DNA of 64,000 nucleotides from Bacillota bacterium (GCA_009780325.1 WRAF01000001.1:125048-189047), one strand, 5' to 3'. Counted from the first letter of the stretch, positions 1 to 11,222 are shown. Numbers and translations are program-made. Notes: generated by a model not told the origin, from the letters alone.

Positions 1-50
1 ACAGTCCATATTAGTTGACTTTTTTAAAGAGTTTATATATTCTAAATAAT

Positions 51-758
51 ATGAGGGATAAAAGACCGCAATTAAATAAAGCTTTATTTATTGTATTGTT
101 GTTTTTTCTGATAGTTCCAGCATTTATTTATTCTAGCTGGATAAATTATGAGCAGCGCAAATGGGATGATTTGCAATTATTGAAAACGGCAACAAAGCCG
201 CATAGAGGGACTTATTCAGAAAGAAGTTTTGTTTTGCAGCTATTAAAAAAAGGTTTTCATCCTAAAGCAATTTTTCATGATATTTATGTTAAGAAGCAAG
301 ACGGCAATTATACACAGATTGATTTAGTATTAGCAACAAAAGTAGGTTTACTTGCAATAGAAATAAAGGATTATGCTGGCAGAATTTATGGAAAAGGTAA
401 TCAAAAATATTGGACACAAGTTTTATCTTATGGGAGAATAAAGCATCGTTTTTATAATCCTGTTATGCAAAATGCCAATCATATTGTTCATTTAAAAAAA
501 TTGCTTGCTAAAGAAAAAGTGCCAATATTTAATGTAATAATCTTTTATGGCAACTCTTCATTTTATGGTGTGAGTGAAATTCCTAATGGAGTTTTTTGTG
601 TTAAAGATTATCAGGCATTAAAAGCAATAGATTTTATTATAAACAACAACCCTTTGGCGCATTATACAGACAAGCATGAAGTTGTTAGTATATTAAATGA
701 AACTGTTGCAAATGGTGATGAAACTTATTGTACATTCTCATGCAAATTATGTAAATGA
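51..758 (+). CDS. NERD-domain protein with N-terminal transmembrane helix
   Basis: ORF 15..758, with the ATG at 51 preferred. A hydrophobic N-terminus is followed by IDLVLATKVGLLAIEIKDYAGRIYGKGNQKYWTQ, which matches my recollection of NERD (nuclease-related) domains. Confidence 0.55.
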   Translation: MRDKRPQLNKALFIVLLFFLIVPAFIYSSWINYEQRKWDDLQLLKTATKPHRGTYSERSFVLQLLKKGFHPKAIFHDIYVKKQDGNYTQIDLVLATKVGLLAIEIKDYAGRIYGKGNQKYWTQVLSYGRIKHRFYNPVMQNANHIVHLKKLLAKEKVPIFNVIIFYGNSSFYGVSEIPNGVFCVKDYQALKAIDFIINNNPLAHYTDKHEVVSILNETVANGDETYCTFSCKLCK

Positions 759-824
759 AATTAAATTAGAAAATATTGCTTGATAAATAATTTAAAAAAA
801 GATTAAAAAATAGCTTAAAAACGC

Positions 825-853
825 TTGACAGGCGTTTTTTTCTTTGTTAAAAT
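825..853 (+). promoter_or_regulatory. sigmaA-type promoter of the hrcA operon
   Basis: TTGACA (825-830), 17-nt spacer, TAAAAT (848-853); abuts CIRCE. Confidence 0.6.
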
Positions 854-880
854 TTAGCAATCAACAAGTTAGAGTGCTAA
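854..880 (+). promoter_or_regulatory. CIRCE operator (HrcA binding site)
   Basis: TTAGCAATC-N9-GAGTGCTAA versus consensus TTAGCACTC-N9-GAGTGCTAA. It lies between the -10 and hrcA. Confidence 0.85.
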
Positions 881-938
881 CAAATGAATGCTTTGAGTGC
901 AAGATGGTTATGCTATTTAATAAAAAGGGGGGATAAAT

Positions 939-1967
939 TTGCCGCTATCAACAAGAAAAGAAAAAATATTAAAAGCAGTTGTGACAGACTATGTTGAAAA
1001 CTGCCAGCCTGTTTCTTCACAAGAGATTCAAAATAAATATTTCCCTGAAGTATCGTCGGCTACCATTAGAGGAGATATGGCAACGCTAGAAGAATTGGGC
1101 TACCTAGCCCAGCCCCATACTTCAGCAGGCAGAGTTCCTACCGCTGAAGGGTATCGTATGTATGTTGATAAACTAATGCCGTCAAAAAAGTTATCTAGCT
1201 CAGAATTAAAGATTATTAATCAAACCTTAAAAGCAAAAGCTGGACATCTAGAAGATGTTGTCAGAAGTGCGGCTAGACTTATATCGGAGATTACTAATCT
1301 GACTGCTGTGGGGTTTACTAATGCAAGCATGTCTGACAAAATTAAATCTATTAAAATTGTCAAAATTGCAGATGAAATGGCGCTTTTTGTGGTGGTTACG
1401 GATAGGACTGTACTAAAAGATGCAATTGCTCAGATGAATATGGGTATAAGTGAGGAGTATTTATCAAAAGCAGGTGAGTTTTTAACTAGCGTATTTGGCG
1501 GGGTACAAATAGCAGATGTAATTGATGTAGATAAGTTTGCAGCTAAGGTGAGAGAGGAATATGAAAAGATTTATAAGGCATTGATTAAAATATTAAAAGA
1601 GTATGGGACGGTCGAATTAGAAAACTTGGCAATAGAAGGTGCACCTAAATTGCTGCAGCATCCAGAGTACAGCAATGTTAAAAAAGCAAAAGCCATGCTA
1701 GAGTTATTGGACGCTAAGTCGCAATTATATCCAATATTAAAATCCAATAATATGAACATCAGTATAAAAATCGGACATGATAATGAAATTGCAGAAGGTT
1801 TGCCAGAATGCGCTGTTGTCACAGCAACTTATGAGGTAGACGGAGTGGCTATCGGAAACGCTGGAGTAATAGGACCTATGCGTATGGATTATTCAAAAGT
1901 AATATCTGTACTTGATTATATAGGAAAAACAATAACCAACCTAGGGGAGGATGCCCAAGATGAGTGA
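939..1967 (+). CDS. hrcA: heat-inducible transcription repressor HrcA
   Basis: 342 aa with an N-terminal winged-helix region (ILKAVVTDYVENCQPVSSQEI...HTSAGRVPT). Located upstream of grpE-dnaK and preceded by CIRCE. TTG start after an AAAGGGGGG RBS. Confidence 0.9.
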   Translation: MPLSTRKEKILKAVVTDYVENCQPVSSQEIQNKYFPEVSSATIRGDMATLEELGYLAQPHTSAGRVPTAEGYRMYVDKLMPSKKLSSSELKIINQTLKAKAGHLEDVVRSAARLISEITNLTAVGFTNASMSDKIKSIKIVKIADEMALFVVVTDRTVLKDAIAQMNMGISEEYLSKAGEFLTSVFGGVQIADVIDVDKFAAKVREEYEKIYKALIKILKEYGTVELENLAIEGAPKLLQHPEYSNVKKAKAMLELLDAKSQLYPILKSNNMNISIKIGHDNEIAEGLPECAVVTATYEVDGVAIGNAGVIGPMRMDYSKVISVLDYIGKTITNLGEDAQDE

Positions 1968-2505
1968 CAAAAAGAAAGAAAAAACTACGACCAAACATAT
2001 GTCTGATGCTGATTTATCACAAAATAATGATGATATGCCAGAGATAATTGTGGTTGAGGACGGACAAGTGATAGATGAGGCTGAAAAAGAAAAAAATAAG
2101 CTGGATGATATGACAAAGGCGTATAGATATTTGCAAGCTGACTTTGATAATTATAGACGGCGCATGATGTTGGCAAGTCAAACTTCAAAAGAGCAAGGGC
2201 GAGTTGATGTGATTGAAAAATTGCTTCCCATAATTGATGTGATGACCAAGGCTCAATCTTTTATTAATGACCCTAAAATTTTAGAAGGATTTAAAATGAT
2301 TTTAGATCAGCATTATAATTTGCTTAGTGGATTCAATGTTAAAAAAATTGATACTTTAGGAATGGATTTGGACACAAAATTTCATAATGTGGTGGCAACT
2401 AAAGATGATGAGAAGAATGCAGGTAAGGTTGTTGAAGTTTTTCAAGACGGCTATCAGATGGGAAATATTGTGATTAGACCAGCCCAAGTTATTGTAGGGA
2501 AGTGA
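1960..2505 (+). CDS. grpE: nucleotide exchange factor GrpE
   Basis: ORF 1951..2505. The ATG at 1960 has better spacing from GGGGAGG. The C-terminal block (VVEVFQDGYQMGNIVIRPAQVIV) is GrpE-like, and the gene sits between hrcA and dnaK. Confidence 0.9.
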   Translation: MSDKKKEKTTTKHMSDADLSQNNDDMPEIIVVEDGQVIDEAEKEKNKLDDMTKAYRYLQADFDNYRRRMMLASQTSKEQGRVDVIEKLLPIIDVMTKAQSFINDPKILEGFKMILDQHYNLLSGFNVKKIDTLGMDLDTKFHNVVATKDDEKNAGKVVEVFQDGYQMGNIVIRPAQVIVGK

Positions 2506-2516
2506 GGGATGATGTA

Positions 2517-2960
2517 ATGATAAAAACAAGAATTCCTTTACCTGAAAATGATGAATATTTGAAATTGCTAGGTGTTGCATTGTATATGTTCAATTACAAT
2601 AATTCAAGTATTATAGAGGCAATATTAAGTAATGATACAAATGGGAACCATAATTGGTATGATTTGATTGATGTTACATCTGGAAAAATGAGGCAACCTG
2701 CCGAGAAAGCGATTATACAAAATGCTAACTCTAAAGAGTTAGCAAAGCAGATATTGACAATGCATGAAGAACTTATTAGAATGCGAAATAGAATAATTCA
2801 TAGTTATCCTACGGGAGTAAGTGATGAGTATTCAAGTGGCTTACTTTATACGAAAGATAAGGAACATAATCAATATGTTGTAGGCAAGGAATATTTAGAA
2901 GATTTTATTAAAAAAAATGATGAGTTTGCGGAATTGTTATCAAAATTTAGGGGTCACTAA
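2517..2960 (+). CDS. hypothetical protein with R-x4-H (HEPN-like) motif, inserted between grpE and dnaK
   Basis: ORF 2502..2960, with the ATG at 2517 after GAGGGA. Contains ELIRMRNRIIHSY (RNRIIH = R-x4-H). It has no counterpart in the canonical hrcA-grpE-dnaK-dnaJ operon. Confidence 0.45.
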   Translation: MIKTRIPLPENDEYLKLLGVALYMFNYNNSSIIEAILSNDTNGNHNWYDLIDVTSGKMRQPAEKAIIQNANSKELAKQILTMHEELIRMRNRIIHSYPTGVSDEYSSGLLYTKDKEHNQYVVGKEYLEDFIKKNDEFAELLSKFRGH

Positions 2961-3032
2961 ACAACAAAACAACAAATAAAAATTAAAAAATAAAAAGGAG
3001 GGGACTTTTTAAAGGAAAAGTCTAAAAATAAA

Positions 3033-4871
3033 ATGTCAAAAGTAATAGGAATTGATTTAGGAACAACAAATTCATGTGTCGCTGTTTTAGAGGGCGGTGA
3101 GCCTGTGGTTATACCAAATGCAGAGGGGGCGAGGACTACTCCGTCGGTTGTGGGATTTAATAAAGCGGGCGAAAGATTAATAGGGCAAACTGCAAAAAGA
3201 CAATCTGTGTCTAATGCAGATAGAACTGTCGCTTCTATCAAAACTCAAATGGGCAGTGACTATAAAGTAACGATTGATGGCAAAAAATATTCGCCTCAAG
3301 AGATTTCAGCGTTTGTTTTAGGAAAATTAAAGGCTGATGCAGAAAGCTATTTAGGGCAAAAGGTAACTAAAGCAGTAATCACAGTTCCTGCATATTTTTC
3401 TGACTCACAGCGTCAGGCTACTAAAGATGCAGGAAAAATTGCTGGTTTAGAGGTTTTAAGAATAATAAATGAGCCGACTGCGGCAGCGTTTGCATACGGA
3501 TTAAACAAAATAAATGAGGCAGAAGGTGCAAAAAAGACTACGGATCAAAAGATTTTAGTTTATGATTTAGGCGGCGGAACATTTGATGTGTCTATATTAG
3601 AGATAGGCACAGATGAGGGCGGCGCTACTTTTGAAGTATTAGCGACAAGAGGAAACAACAAGCTAGGTGGTGATGATTTTGATCATTTAATAATCAAACA
3701 TTTGATTGATGAGTTCAAAAAAGAAACAGGCATTGACCTTAATAAAGATAAATTAGCTCTTCAAAGACTTAAAGATGAGGCTGAAAAATGCAAGATTGAG
3801 CTGTCGGCTCAATTGAAGGCTACTGTAAATATTCCATTTATTAGTATGCAAGATGGTGCGCCTGTTCATATGAATATTGATGTGACTAGAGCAAAATTTG
3901 ATTCGTTGACAGAGAACTTGATTAAAGAGACGATTACTTTAGCGCAAGGTACTTTGACTGATGCTAAATTAAAATCTAATGATATTGCAAAAGTTATTTT
4001 AGTAGGTGGATCTACTAGAATTCCTGCGGTTGTTGATGCGGTTAGAAAAATGAGCGGCAAAGAACCATTTAAAGGTATCAACCCAGATGAATGTGTAGCT
4101 TTAGGGGCTGCGATTCAAGCGGGTATCTTAAATCAAGAGTTTGGTCAAAGCGTAATGGTATTAGATGTGACTCCATTGTCACTTGGAATCGAGACTTTAG
4201 GCGGAGTGTTTACAAAACTTGTAGATAGAAATACTACGATTCCTACAAAAAGGACAGAGGTCTTTTCTACAGCAGAGAATAATCAGCCTGGGGTAGATAT
4301 TCATGTATTGCAAGGTGAGCGTGCAATGGCTAATGATAATAAAACATTAGGGCGTTTTAAGCTTGAAGGAATCAGACCTGCGCCTAGGGGTGTTCCGCAA
4401 ATTGAGGTTACTTTTGATATTGATGAAAATGGTATCGTAAGCGTATCTGCAAAAGATAAAGATACAGGAAAAGAGAATAAAACTACTATTACGGCGTCAT
4501 CTAATTTGAGTGAAAAAGAGATTGATGAGGCAATTAAAAATGCAGAGAAATTTGCTGAAGAGGACAATAAATTGAAAGAGTTGATTTCTGCAAGGAATAA
4601 TGCAGAGATGGTGATTGAATCAGTAGATAAGATATTAGAGGAAAGTGGTGATAAATTTGATGAGTCTGAAAAAGAATCATTGGTCGGTGCAAAAGAGAAA
4701 GTTAAATTGGCTAAAGACGGTGATGATGTGGAAGCGATTAGGACAGCGGTTACAGAATTAGGAGATATAATGAATAGTCTTTCTCAAAAATTATACCAAG
4801 CGAGTGATTGCGGTGCGGGTGGTTGTGAGAGTGACGATAATACAGAGTCCGAGGTTAAGGTTGAGGAATAA
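3033..4871 (+). CDS. dnaK: molecular chaperone DnaK (Hsp70)
   Basis: 612 aa with Hsp70 signatures [27 protein letters not shown] and [12 protein letters not shown]. Confidence 0.97.
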   Translation: MSKVIGIDLGTTNSCVAVLEGGEPVVIPNAEGARTTPSVVGFNKAGERLIGQTAKRQSVSNADRTVASIKTQMGSDYKVTIDGKKYSPQEISAFVLGKLKADAESYLGQKVTKAVITVPAYFSDSQRQATKDAGKIAGLEVLRIINEPTAAAFAYGLNKINEAEGAKKTTDQKILVYDLGGGTFDVSILEIGTDEGGATFEVLATRGNNKLGGDDFDHLIIKHLIDEFKKETGIDLNKDKLALQRLKDEAEKCKIELSAQLKATVNIPFISMQDGAPVHMNIDVTRAKFDSLTENLIKETITLAQGTLTDAKLKSNDIAKVILVGGSTRIPAVVDAVRKMSGKEPFKGINPDECVALGAAIQAGILNQEFGQSVMVLDVTPLSLGIETLGGVFTKLVDRNTTIPTKRTEVFSTAENNQPGVDIHVLQGERAMANDNKTLGRFKLEGIRPAPRGVPQIEVTFDIDENGIVSVSAKDKDTGKENKTTITASSNLSEKEIDEAIKNAEKFAEEDNKLKELISARNNAEMVIESVDKILEESGDKFDESEKESLVGAKEKVKLAKDGDDVEAIRTAVTELGDIMNSLSQKLYQASDCGAGGCESDDNTESEVKVEE

Positions 4872-5071
4872 GAGGGATAATTGAAAGGGTATCCAAATAG
4901 ATTTTTACAGGATAGAATGTTTTGACCTTATATTTTAATAAAAGAATTATGGGGTGGGAAGATTTGTTTGTATGCTTGTGATAAGAGCATAAGGCATTGT
5001 CGCTTGCTGTACTTTCTGTTTAGAGCTTGGAGAATTTTTTATTAAATTACTTTTTCATGCAAAAAAGCAAC

Positions 5072-5126
5072 CAAAAAACCATCAAGGGAGAGTAAATCAT
5101 CTTGTGCTGATTTGCTCCTCCTTGGA
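5072..5126 (-). terminator. orphan minus-strand intrinsic-terminator-like hairpin in the dnaK-dnaJ spacer
   Basis: On the minus strand, CCAAGGAGGAGCAAAUCA-GCACAAGA-UGAUUUACUCUCCCUUGAUGG is followed by UUUUUU. No annotated minus-strand gene lies upstream of it. Confidence 0.35.
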
Positions 5127-5296
5127 CTCTTCATCCAACACTTTCAGGTCGGGTGAGAATAGTACAATTTTTAACATTAATAAGTGTGAGTATATTTTTG
5201 AATTGATATCCAATAAAGCAACTAATATTTATTTCAAAAAATAAAAAACTCTGTGCAAACTAATGTTTGCTGCATATTTATTTAAGGATAAGATAA

Positions 5297-6406
<1,110 letters not shown>

Positions 6407-6579
6407 ATTAGTCCAAAAGTTTACAGTGCAGTAAGTTAAGGTGGGTTTGCATAAAAATAAGGAAAGATAAACTATAAAGAAAGCTATAAAGATAGTTTTG
6501 ATGTATTTATTTTTTTTAACAGTCCAATAAACAACCATTATGTGCACTGAAACTGTGCACATAAATAAAAGAGGTACAT

Positions 6580-7554
6580 ATGAAATATTTAAAATTAACA
6601 ATAACAACAACTCATGAAGCTGCTGATATTGTTGGACTTATTTTGATAGAAGAAGGTTCACAAGGTGTGTCAATTGTTGACCCTAATGATATTAGGTTTG
6701 TTATGGAAAGGGATGGTTGGGATTATATTGAAAAAGATTTAGAAGAAAAGGCTAAAAAAAGCAATAAAAAGACTGCTCAAGTTTCTGTGAGCGGCGTTTT
6801 TCATAAAGATTATGATATTAAAGTCTTGAATAATTTGCTTGTTGAATTAAGGGAGAGAAGTGAGATTGATGTTGGGTTATTGGAAATCAAGACAGAGGAT
6901 ATTGATAGCAAAGATTATGAAAATGAATGGAAAAAATATTATCAAATTATGGAGATAGGAAGGATTGCTATTGTTCCTAAATGGAGAGATTATGAGGGCG
7001 AACTTATTTCAATTAAACTTAATCCTGGCAAAGCGTTTGGGACGGGTGATCACGAGACTACACAGATGTGTTTAGAGCTTATGCAAGAATTGAAACTTAA
7101 AGATAAAGTAATTGTAGATGTAGGATGCGGAAGCGGTATTTTGGGTATTGCTGCGGCAAAACTGGGGGCAGGAGTGATTCATTTGATTGATATTGATCCG
7201 CTTGCAATTGAGGCGTCTAAAGAGAATATGAGTCTAAATGATTTATCAAGCGAGGATCATAAAATTTTGAAAATTACATCTGAGGTGATCACTGGTTTAG
7301 GGACATTTGAAAATTTAGTTCAAAAGACTCCAGTTAAAAATACTGTAGACATAATTTTTGCTAATCTTACTGCAGATATATTGATTGCTCATGCAGCTAG
7401 TTTTGCTAGTGTTTTAAAGAAAAATTCTAAATTAATTGTGAGTGGAATAATTAACTCAAGAGAAATTGAAGTAATGAAGGCTTTTAATAATTTTAAGCCG
7501 CTTAAGAAGATGAAAAAAGGTGAGTGGCAAGCAGTGCTTTTTGAGAGGATTTAA
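6580..7554 (+). CDS. prmA: ribosomal protein L11 methyltransferase PrmA
   Basis: SAM-binding VIVDVGCGSGILGIAAAKLGA and an FGTGDHETT block. Follows dnaJ, as B. subtilis yqeT does. Confidence 0.85.
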   Translation: MKYLKLTITTTHEAADIVGLILIEEGSQGVSIVDPNDIRFVMERDGWDYIEKDLEEKAKKSNKKTAQVSVSGVFHKDYDIKVLNNLLVELRERSEIDVGLLEIKTEDIDSKDYENEWKKYYQIMEIGRIAIVPKWRDYEGELISIKLNPGKAFGTGDHETTQMCLELMQELKLKDKVIVDVGCGSGILGIAAAKLGAGVIHLIDIDPLAIEASKENMSLNDLSSEDHKILKITSEVITGLGTFENLVQKTPVKNTVDIIFANLTADILIAHAASFASVLKKNSKLIVSGIINSREIEVMKAFNNFKPLKKMKKGEWQAVLFERI

Positions 7555-7557
7555 TTT

Positions 7558-8271
7558 TTGAGAAGAATTTTTTTAAATAAAATTGATTCTAAATATGTAG
7601 AACTAACGGGCGAGCAGCACATTCATTTGTCTGTATCTAAACGGGCAAGAGTAGGCGATAAAGTAGAAATAGCTGCAGGCGGATATATTTATTCGGCTGT
7701 AGTTTTTGTAATTAATAAAAATAGTACGACACTTGAAATTGTGGATAAAATAGAGAAAAAACTAGAGCCAAACATAGAGATTGTACTATATTTTGCTAGA
7801 CAAAAACCAGAGCATGCAGAAATTACTGTGCAAAAGTGTGTAGAACTTGGCATAACAAAGCTTGTACCAGTTAAAACAAAATTCATTTGTTTGCAGCAAT
7901 CAAAAATAGACAGGTTAAATAAAATTGCATTTTCAGCCGCAGCGCAAAGTGGCAGAGGTTTTGTGCCTAAAGTAGAAGAAGAGATTGATTTTGAAAAGGC
8001 TTTAGATGAAATTAAATATTATGATTTTTGTATTTTTGCATATGAAAATGCGGAAAACACTAGTTTGCGTGGATTTTTAAAAGGGAAATTGGATAAAAAG
8101 GTTGCAATATTTGTGGGCAGTGAGGGGGGGTTTTCTAATGAAGAAGTTAAAATAGCTGTTAATGCTGGATTAATACCTGTTAGCTTGGGGAAAAGAATAT
8201 TAAGGGCAGAAACAGCGTGTATTGCTGTATTGTCATGTTTAATGTATGAAATGGGGGAACTAGGCGTATGA
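7558..8271 (+). CDS. rsmE: 16S rRNA (uracil1498-N3)-methyltransferase RsmE
   Basis: 237 aa. The C-terminal FVGSEGGFSNEE...LGKRILRAETA is typical of RsmE/SPOUT proteins, and synteny matches yqeU. Confidence 0.8.
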   Translation: MRRIFLNKIDSKYVELTGEQHIHLSVSKRARVGDKVEIAAGGYIYSAVVFVINKNSTTLEIVDKIEKKLEPNIEIVLYFARQKPEHAEITVQKCVELGITKLVPVKTKFICLQQSKIDRLNKIAFSAAAQSGRGFVPKVEEEIDFEKALDEIKYYDFCIFAYENAENTSLRGFLKGKLDKKVAIFVGSEGGFSNEEVKIAVNAGLIPVSLGKRILRAETACIAVLSCLMYEMGELGV

Positions 8272-9440
8272 AAAAAGCAATAGTTTATACATTAGGCTGC
8301 AAAGTGAATCAATGTGAAAGTCAACAAATTATTAATATGCTTGGACGTTTTGGTTATGAAGTTTGTTCAAGCTTTATGCAGGCAGACCTATATATAATTA
8401 ATTCTTGTTCTGTCACAAATGAGGCAGATAAAAAATCAAGACAGGCGATTGCTAAAGCCAGAAAATTTAATGAGAATGCCATCATTATAATGATAGGGTG
8501 CTCAGTAGAAAAAGGTTATGAAAATAACAATAATATTATTACCATTGGCACAAAAAACAAGGTTGAAGAATTAAGAAATTACATCAAAAATATATGCAAA
8601 ACTAATGTCTGTACAGATTTTTCTAAAAATAAAATGCGTCCTATGATAAAAATTCAGGATGGCTGCAACAGATTTTGTTCTTATTGTATTGTTCCTTATT
8701 TAAGAGGACGCAGTGTCTCAAGACCTGTGAATGAGATAATTAGTGAGATTAATCAATATAAAGATAAAACTAAAGAAATTGTTCTTGTAGGTATAGACAT
8801 ATCATCATATGATAATTTAATTGGGTTAATAAAAGAGCTTGGTATAAACTCTAAGAATAATTTTAGATTCAGGCTGGGATCATTAGAATGCAGCATTATT
8901 ACTCATGAATTTTTGACTGAGCTAAAAGAAAATAATTTTTGCGAGCATTTTCATTTGTCGCTTCAAAGTGGGTCAGATAGTGTGTTAAAGAGGATGAATA
9001 GACATTATACAGCAAAAACATTTTTAGAAAAAGTCAATTTGATTAGAAAATATTTCCCGCTTGCGGCTATTACTACTGATATAATTACAGGTTTTCCTAA
9101 TGAGACTGAAAAAGAATTTAATGAGACATTAGATTTAATAACACAAGCAAAATTCTCTAATATTCACGCTTTTCCGTTTAGTGCAAGAGAAGGCACAAAA
9201 GCGTATGATATGGATGGACAGATTTCTCATCAATTAAAAAAAGAGAGAGCAAATAAAATTATTGAGAGAGCTAAGGATTTACAAAAGGAGTTTTTACAAA
9301 AAAATGTTGGACTTATGCAAGAAGTTTTTGTAGAGGAGGATGCAGGATATACTAGAAATTATATAAGAGTACGTACAAATGAGAAAATAGGTATGCTTAT
9401 TAAAATAAAATTATCTGAAGGAGATATTTATTATGAATGA
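8268..9440 (+). CDS. mtaB: tRNA methylthiotransferase MtaB (radical SAM)
   Basis: N-terminal TLGCKVNQCES, radical-SAM CNRFCSYCIVP, and synteny with yqeV. Confidence 0.8.
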   Translation: MKKAIVYTLGCKVNQCESQQIINMLGRFGYEVCSSFMQADLYIINSCSVTNEADKKSRQAIAKARKFNENAIIIMIGCSVEKGYENNNNIITIGTKNKVEELRNYIKNICKTNVCTDFSKNKMRPMIKIQDGCNRFCSYCIVPYLRGRSVSRPVNEIISEINQYKDKTKEIVLVGIDISSYDNLIGLIKELGINSKNNFRFRLGSLECSIITHEFLTELKENNFCEHFHLSLQSGSDSVLKRMNRHYTAKTFLEKVNLIRKYFPLAAITTDIITGFPNETEKEFNETLDLITQAKFSNIHAFPFSAREGTKAYDMDGQISHQLKKERANKIIERAKDLQKEFLQKNVGLMQEVFVEEDAGYTRNYIRVRTNEKIGMLIKIKLSEGDIYYE

Positions 9441-9786
9441 TTGCTTGTTTTGCAAAATACGAGATGGAATAATTCCATCTGAAAAACTATACGAAGATGA
9501 TTTGATGTTTATTATTAAGGACATTGCCCCTCTAGCACGATTGCATTATCTAGCTATTCCAAAGATTCATTATAAATTGCTTAAGGATATGACGGAGCAG
9601 GATGCTTTGAATTTAGGCAAATGTTTTTCTAAAATTGCAGAACTTGCTGATACATTGGGATTAAGTAATGGTTTTAGAATAGTAATTAATCAAGGTGAAG
9701 ATGGTGCTCAAGCTATATATCATTTGCATATTCATATTTTGGGCGGTGAAAAATTATCTAATAAAAGTGTTTTTGAAAAAACATAA
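9433..9786 (+). CDS. HIT family (histidine triad) protein
   Basis: 117 aa; CLFCKI... and the HLHIHILGG histidine triad. Confidence 0.85.
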   Translation: MNDCLFCKIRDGIIPSEKLYEDDLMFIIKDIAPLARLHYLAIPKIHYKLLKDMTEQDALNLGKCFSKIAELADTLGLSNGFRIVINQGEDGAQAIYHLHIHILGGEKLSNKSVFEKT

Positions 9787-9894
9787 TGATTATTTTTCGC
9801 AATAATACGCTTCCACGATAGTGTTTTCTCAATAATTATGTCATCTTTTGAATTGGGAATCTATTAGGTAAGATAAGGAGTATTTTGATGATGA

Positions 9895-10155
9895 TTGAAT
9901 TTTAATGAATCAATTAGAAAAAATTCAAAAATTATGGGCTTTTTATTATTAGTGCTTGCAATTGCTAGAGTAATTTTTGGTGCAATAACAATGCTATTGA
10001 ATTGGGATGGAGTTGCATTAATTTTGATATCATCATTCCTAATTATTCCAATGGCAAACGATTGGATTTGCCAAAAGAATTTGATTACACAAGGCACAAT
10101 AAAGGATTTTGAGAAAATATTTGATGGGAAGATTATTTACAAAATTATGGAATAA
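9895..10155 (+). CDS. small membrane protein (start uncertain, possibly frameshifted)
   Basis: Two predicted TM helices. A strong RBS (AAGGAG) feeds ATG-ATG at 9888 in a different frame that stops after 5 codons, whereas the long ORF has only a TTG start or the internal ATG at 9934. Confidence 0.3.
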   Translation: MNFNESIRKNSKIMGFLLLVLAIARVIFGAITMLLNWDGVALILISSFLIIPMANDWICQKNLITQGTIKDFEKIFDGKIIYKIME

Positions 10156-10291
10156 AAATAAGAAAAAAATAATTTTTCATTATTTTGCAACATTCATTCA
10201 AATATCGTGAAGAAAACGCTTGACTAGATAAATATTTTTGCATATAATAACTATGAAATCTAATGCTATAAAGCAAAGGGGGTGTGAATAA

Positions 10292-10471
10292 ATGTCAGTA
10301 ATCAAAGTTGGTGAAAATGAATCGATTGATAGTGCATTAAAAAGATTCAAAAGAAAATGCCAAAAAGATAATATCTTAGGTGATTTAAGAAAAAGAGAAT
10401 ATTATGAAAAACCCTCTGTTAAGAGAAAGAAAAAATCTGAAGCCGCAAAAAAAAGAGGCTTAAAAGGTTAG
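10292..10471 (+). CDS. rpsU: 30S ribosomal protein S21
   Basis: 59-aa ORF absent from the track: [67 protein letters not shown]; promoter TTGACT-17-TATAAT upstream. Confidence 0.9.
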   Translation: MSVIKVGENESIDSALKRFKRKCQKDNILGDLRKREYYEKPSVKRKKKSEAAKKRGLKG

Positions 10472-10483
10472 TCCAAATATTTA

Positions 10484-10514
10484 AAAGCTATCAATTATTT
10501 GATAGCTTTTTTCT
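10484..10514 (+). terminator. rpsU intrinsic terminator
   Basis: AAAGCTATCAA-TTA-TTTGATAGCTTT followed by a T-run. Confidence 0.75.
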
Positions 10515-10612
10515 TTATGCCATAGGAAAAATTGATTTATTTGAGAATATTTGGACGCCAAAAAAACCCGTGTAATGCAAGCACAAATCGGGGCATAAGC
10601 CCCTTTTTTTAT
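10506..10612 (+). repeat. terminator-associated repeat, diverged copy X
   Basis: Starts at the T-run of the rpsU terminator: TAT..ATAGGAAAAA..TGAGA..CAAAAAAACC..GGGGCATAAGCCCC-TTTTTTT. Collinear with copies at 11252..11358 and 12953..13064. Confidence 0.45.
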
Positions 10613-10680
10613 TGTTAATAACTTTTTTCAAAATTTATGTTTAAACTATAGAAAAATTTAATTATTTGCTATTTAATCAC

Positions 10681-10712
10681 TTGACAGACGACGACGACGA
10701 CGACGATATACT
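10681..10712 (+). promoter_or_regulatory. promoter whose spacer is a trinucleotide repeat
   Basis: TTGACA (10681-86), 20-nt spacer made of (GAC)6 plus GA, then TATACT (10707-12). The downstream gene has a GGAGG RBS. Confidence 0.5.
10687..10704 (+). repeat. (GAC)6 simple sequence repeat
   Basis: Six perfect GAC units, flanked by imperfect ACA and GAT units. Confidence 0.95.
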
Positions 10713-10760
10713 TATATATATCAAATTAATTGTTAATAACTATACCGGAGGAAAAGCACA

Positions 10761-11222
10761 ATGTCAAGAGAATCAAAAATAATTGATTGCCCGCCAGCTC
10801 AACAAAAACATTGCATATATGAGGTAGAGTGTTTCGGTTGGGAATTATTGAATCTGCATGGAGAAAGGATTACGGTATGTAGAGAAACGCAGCACCCAAA
10901 ATATCAAGATATATTAAAATTAGAAAGTGCTTTAAACGCAAAAAAGCAGTTGCAAAATGAATTAATTCAACAAAAAATAAAATTATCACATGATTTAAAA
11001 TTGATTCAAAAAAAATCTGATTGCATGATAATGGCACTTGCAATTATATTTTCATTAGGACTTGCCATAATTTATTTTGTGAAAGCAAATAATAAGAGGA
11101 AATTATTAATACGAAGAATAACAAATAGAATTAATGAGCTTAATTTAGAAATAGAGAAATTACAGCCTGAAATGAGTCAAATATGTCAAGATGCAAGGGC
11201 TACATTTTTCGGGAAACATTAA
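10761..11222 (+). CDS. hypothetical single-pass membrane protein
   Basis: 153 aa with a good RBS (CCGGAGGAAAAGCACA-ATG), one central TM helix (MIMALAIIFSLGLAIIYFV) and flanking coiled-coil-like segments. Confidence 0.6.
   Translation: MSRESKIIDCPPAQQKHCIYEVECFGWELLNLHGERITVCRETQHPKYQDILKLESALNAKKQLQNELIQQKIKLSHDLKLIQKKSDCMIMALAIIFSLGLAIIYFVKANNKRKLLIRRITNRINELNLEIEKLQPEMSQICQDARATFFGKH

Noticed and set aside
3866-4567. Antisense ORFs inside dnaK (3866..4081 and 4301..4567). The same applies to those inside dnaJ, pcrA (14487..14972), ligA, coaBC, priA, hydB (56378..57106, 242 aa) and others.
   Set aside because: They lie entirely opposite strongly supported conserved genes, lack RBS or start context, and have low-complexity Ser/Leu/Phe-rich translations typical of shadow frames.
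5018-5027. GTTTAGAGCT, reminiscent of type II CRISPR repeats.
   Set aside because: It is a single occurrence with no repeat-spacer periodicity and no cas genes in the window.
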